Shown here piece by piece: positions 63,348 through 64,000 of a stretch of 64,000 nucleotides of DNA (position 1 is the stretch's first letter; each line of letters starts with the position of its first letter). The notes under the pieces are model-generated. The model worked only from the letters and a program-made list of their open reading frames with translations. It ran no database searches and was not told the origin of the DNA. Location: the NCBI GenBank assembly GCA_965197745.1, contig CBDANS010000006.1:544001-608000 (forward strand), read 5' to 3'. A program made the translations under genes and the position numbers. The DNA is from Opitutales bacterium. Its GTDB lineage: Bacteria > Verrucomicrobiota > Verrucomicrobiia > Opitutales > PNEW01.

Positions 63348-63998
63348 TTAGCTTTTTATGGCTGCCGGCGGCTTTTCCCAGTACTGTCGTTTAAAGTGAA
63401 AAATCGATCGCAACCTGTCTACATCCATATCTGGAAAGTGTGCTTCTATTAAATCATAGGTCTCATCCACTAAATTATAAATTAATGAGTCCGCTTCTTC
63501 AGGTTTAATGATGAATACGTTTCTCATTCTCTCTATGAATCGTTCCGGTTTTATATCAAAGGTCTGGGCCTCATGATAAACCCATTTAAATCCGCAAAAA
63601 TACCTTCCATTTAAAGCCAGAAGAATCCTTAATAGCTTTTCTTCAATAGCGGTAAAACTGGAGTATAAACTCAACAGGTTCTCGTTTCTCTTTAGAAACA
63701 TTTTCCAACACCAGAAGTGATCAATCTGTGCATGGCGATTAATCACTGCTCTTGCCAGTTCAGTCGGGTACTCACGAGCTTGTGATATCCACACCTCAAT
63801 CATCTCGATACCACAGAAGGGAATGGCATCGACTACTCCTGCAACCAGGTTTTGCTTGAGATCATCAGGATTATATTCTTCCGTTACTTCATTTATGACT
63901 CTTTCGATGAATTCTGTTTTATGATGGGCCACTTCGACAAGACTGCCAGAGGCCCTGTTCCCCCCGTTGTCGGTGCCCAGATAAAAATCATCGTTCCA
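63348..63998 (-). CDS. Hypothetical protein (possible nucleotidyltransferase-associated); 5' end outside the window
   Basis: Frame open to the window edge; LLALNGRYFCGFKW. Confidence 0.6.
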   Translation of the reverse strand, partial: WNDDFYLGTDNGGNRASGSLVEVAHHKTEFIERVINEVTEEYNPDDLKQNLVAGVVDAIPFCGIEMIEVWISQAREYPTELARAVINRHAQIDHFWCWKMFLKRNENLLSLYSSFTAIEEKLLRILLALNGRYFCGFKWVYHEAQTFDIKPERFIERMRNVFIIKPEEADSLIYNLVDETYDLIEAHFPDMDVDRLRSIFHFKRQYWEKPPAAIKS

Positions 63999-64000
63999 CA

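Noticed and set aside
1..64000. Retron, DGR, group II intron, integron integrase, RAYT, tRNA or rRNA genes
   Set aside because: No RT (YxDD), tyrosine recombinase or HUH motifs were recognised in the ORF track, and no RNA-gene structure was seen. The CCA ends of the inserts are too short to be tRNAs.

Overview
Bacterial accessory region, roughly AT-biased, with a gene style suggestive of Verrucomicrobiota/Opitutales (inference only). No rRNA, tRNA, CRISPR array, integron integrase, reverse transcriptase or RAYT gene was recognised. The left ~24 kb holds mostly + strand genes (ADOP-type ABC permease, 2-hydroxyacid dehydrogenase, two PhyH dioxygenases, FG-GAP and Ig-domain secreted proteins) broken up by IS3 and IS110 elements and remnants. 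A dif-like site at 24699-24726 sits near the point where gene orientation flips. To its right are long - strand runs of small cassette-like genes (GNAT, NUDIX, HAD, VOC including a Fos-family enzyme, kinases, methyltransferases), a BlaI/BlaR1-TonB pair, a phosphonate catabolism cluster (phnX) and several REP-like palindrome clusters. The most striking signal is a family of 24-61 nt micro-insertions, T(A/T)CCGAG-[GNA-loop mini-hairpin]-...CA, found 14 times with no target duplication. They interrupt every near-complete IS3 element at functionally critical positions. The same 33-nt insert occupies the DNGS/EF catalytic motif in two divergent IS3 lineages. Other copies sit in REP-like repeats and in one host gene. 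A second micro-insertion family sits in REP loops.
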